This document shows positions 63,363 through 64,000 of a DNA stretch of 64,000 nt, one piece after another. The translations under genes were made by a program, and so were the position numbers. Every line of letters begins with the position of its first letter. Positions within the stretch are counted from its first letter, which is position 1. The stretch covers positions 1 through 64,000 of the IMG/VR virus record IMGVR_UViG_3300009082_000018; one strand, given 5' to 3'. The notes below the pieces were generated by a model that did no database searches, was not told where the DNA came from, and saw only the letters and a program-made list of their open reading frames with translations. This DNA comes from a virus.

Positions 63363-63830
63363 CTACTCTTTCTTCGTAGGGGGTGTCAGATCTTTCGGGA
63401 TCGAAGTGGCGAGCTGAATCACCGGAGCCCGCACGTTGGCGTCGAATAGCACGCCGCAGCCAGGGCAGCGAATCAGATTCTGGTCTGGCGGCGCATCGTC
63501 AGGGATGTCATGGGCGTGGATCTCTTGGGTCTCGTCCTTGTAGACGACGAAGGTGTCGATCGTCTTCTCCTGGTGATTCACCTGATCGTGAATTTCGATG
63601 TGCTTCTTCATCCAGGCCAGGAATGGCTTGATCTTCATCAGCTGAGCAAAGACCTCTAGGTAGCGGAGCGCCTGATTGAGGTGCTTGACCGTAGGCCACT
63701 CCTTGAGAGCCCGTGCTCGGATGTACTCCTCCTGGATGTCTTTTTCCTCCTGCTCGGCGGCCTTCTCCTTCTTCTCGGCTATCTTCTTCTCGAATGGAGA
63801 CCTCTGATCGTTTTTCTTCTGGCTACTCAT
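63363..63830 (-). CDS. Hypothetical protein with CPGC motif
   Basis: ATG after a purine-rich RBS; operon fit. Confidence 0.55.
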   Translation of the reverse strand: MSSQKKNDQRSPFEKKIAEKKEKAAEQEEKDIQEEYIRARALKEWPTVKHLNQALRYLEVFAQLMKIKPFLAWMKKHIEIHDQVNHQEKTIDTFVVYKDETQEIHAHDIPDDAPPDQNLIRCPGCGVLFDANVRAPVIQLATSIPKDLTPPTKKE

Positions 63831-64000
63831 GGTGACCCTTCCTCTTGGCCTTTTCCAGCTGCAGCCAGTTGTGAACTTCCTGCTGGCTTGGTAGTACCAG
63901 CTTGGCCCAGTCCTGCACCAGATCAAGCTGATCTTCAGTGAAGATTGGGATGCTCAACTCGATAGCTTCTGTGTGCTCTCCAACGGCTCCGGTGGATTGT

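Noticed and set aside
1-64000. Integrase, portal, major capsid, RtcB, rRNA, tmRNA
   Set aside because: No recognisable motifs in this window; lifestyle and host are not determined

Overview
This window is a 64-kb segment of a large contractile-tailed (myovirus-like) phage genome. The host cannot be read from the sequence. Bases 1-42.6 kb (+) form the virion module: neck/connector genes, sheath, tube, a frameshifted chaperone, tape measure, baseplate, a beta-helix tailspike, several families of paralogous accessory tail proteins and lysis-like membrane proteins. Bases 42.7-49.4 kb (+) carry a matrixin-like protease, SF2 helicase, amidase endolysin, DNA methyltransferase and a J-domain protein. 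Bases 49.4-56.5 kb (+) form a translation-rescue/RNA island. It holds 43 hand-folded, non-redundant tRNA genes for all 20 amino acids, an HNH gene, a circularly permuted tRNA-like RNA, four Y-RNA-like genes and a Ro60/TROVE protein. Bases 56.6-64 kb (-) encode dNK, ThyX, dNMP kinase, RNase H, KTSC, a GpA-type terminase, a NYN nuclease and a RuvC-like resolvase. The main observation lies just upstream of the tRNA array. A 51-codon leader ORF, too short for the ORF track, uses all 20 amino acids and 41 different codons. Its last three codons are exactly complementary to the 5' arm of an intrinsic terminator 5 nt before the first tRNA. This looks like a pan-codon attenuator that would switch on the phage's full replacement tRNA set when almost any host tRNA is depleted. 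All calls come from manual motif recognition and hand folding; no searches were run.
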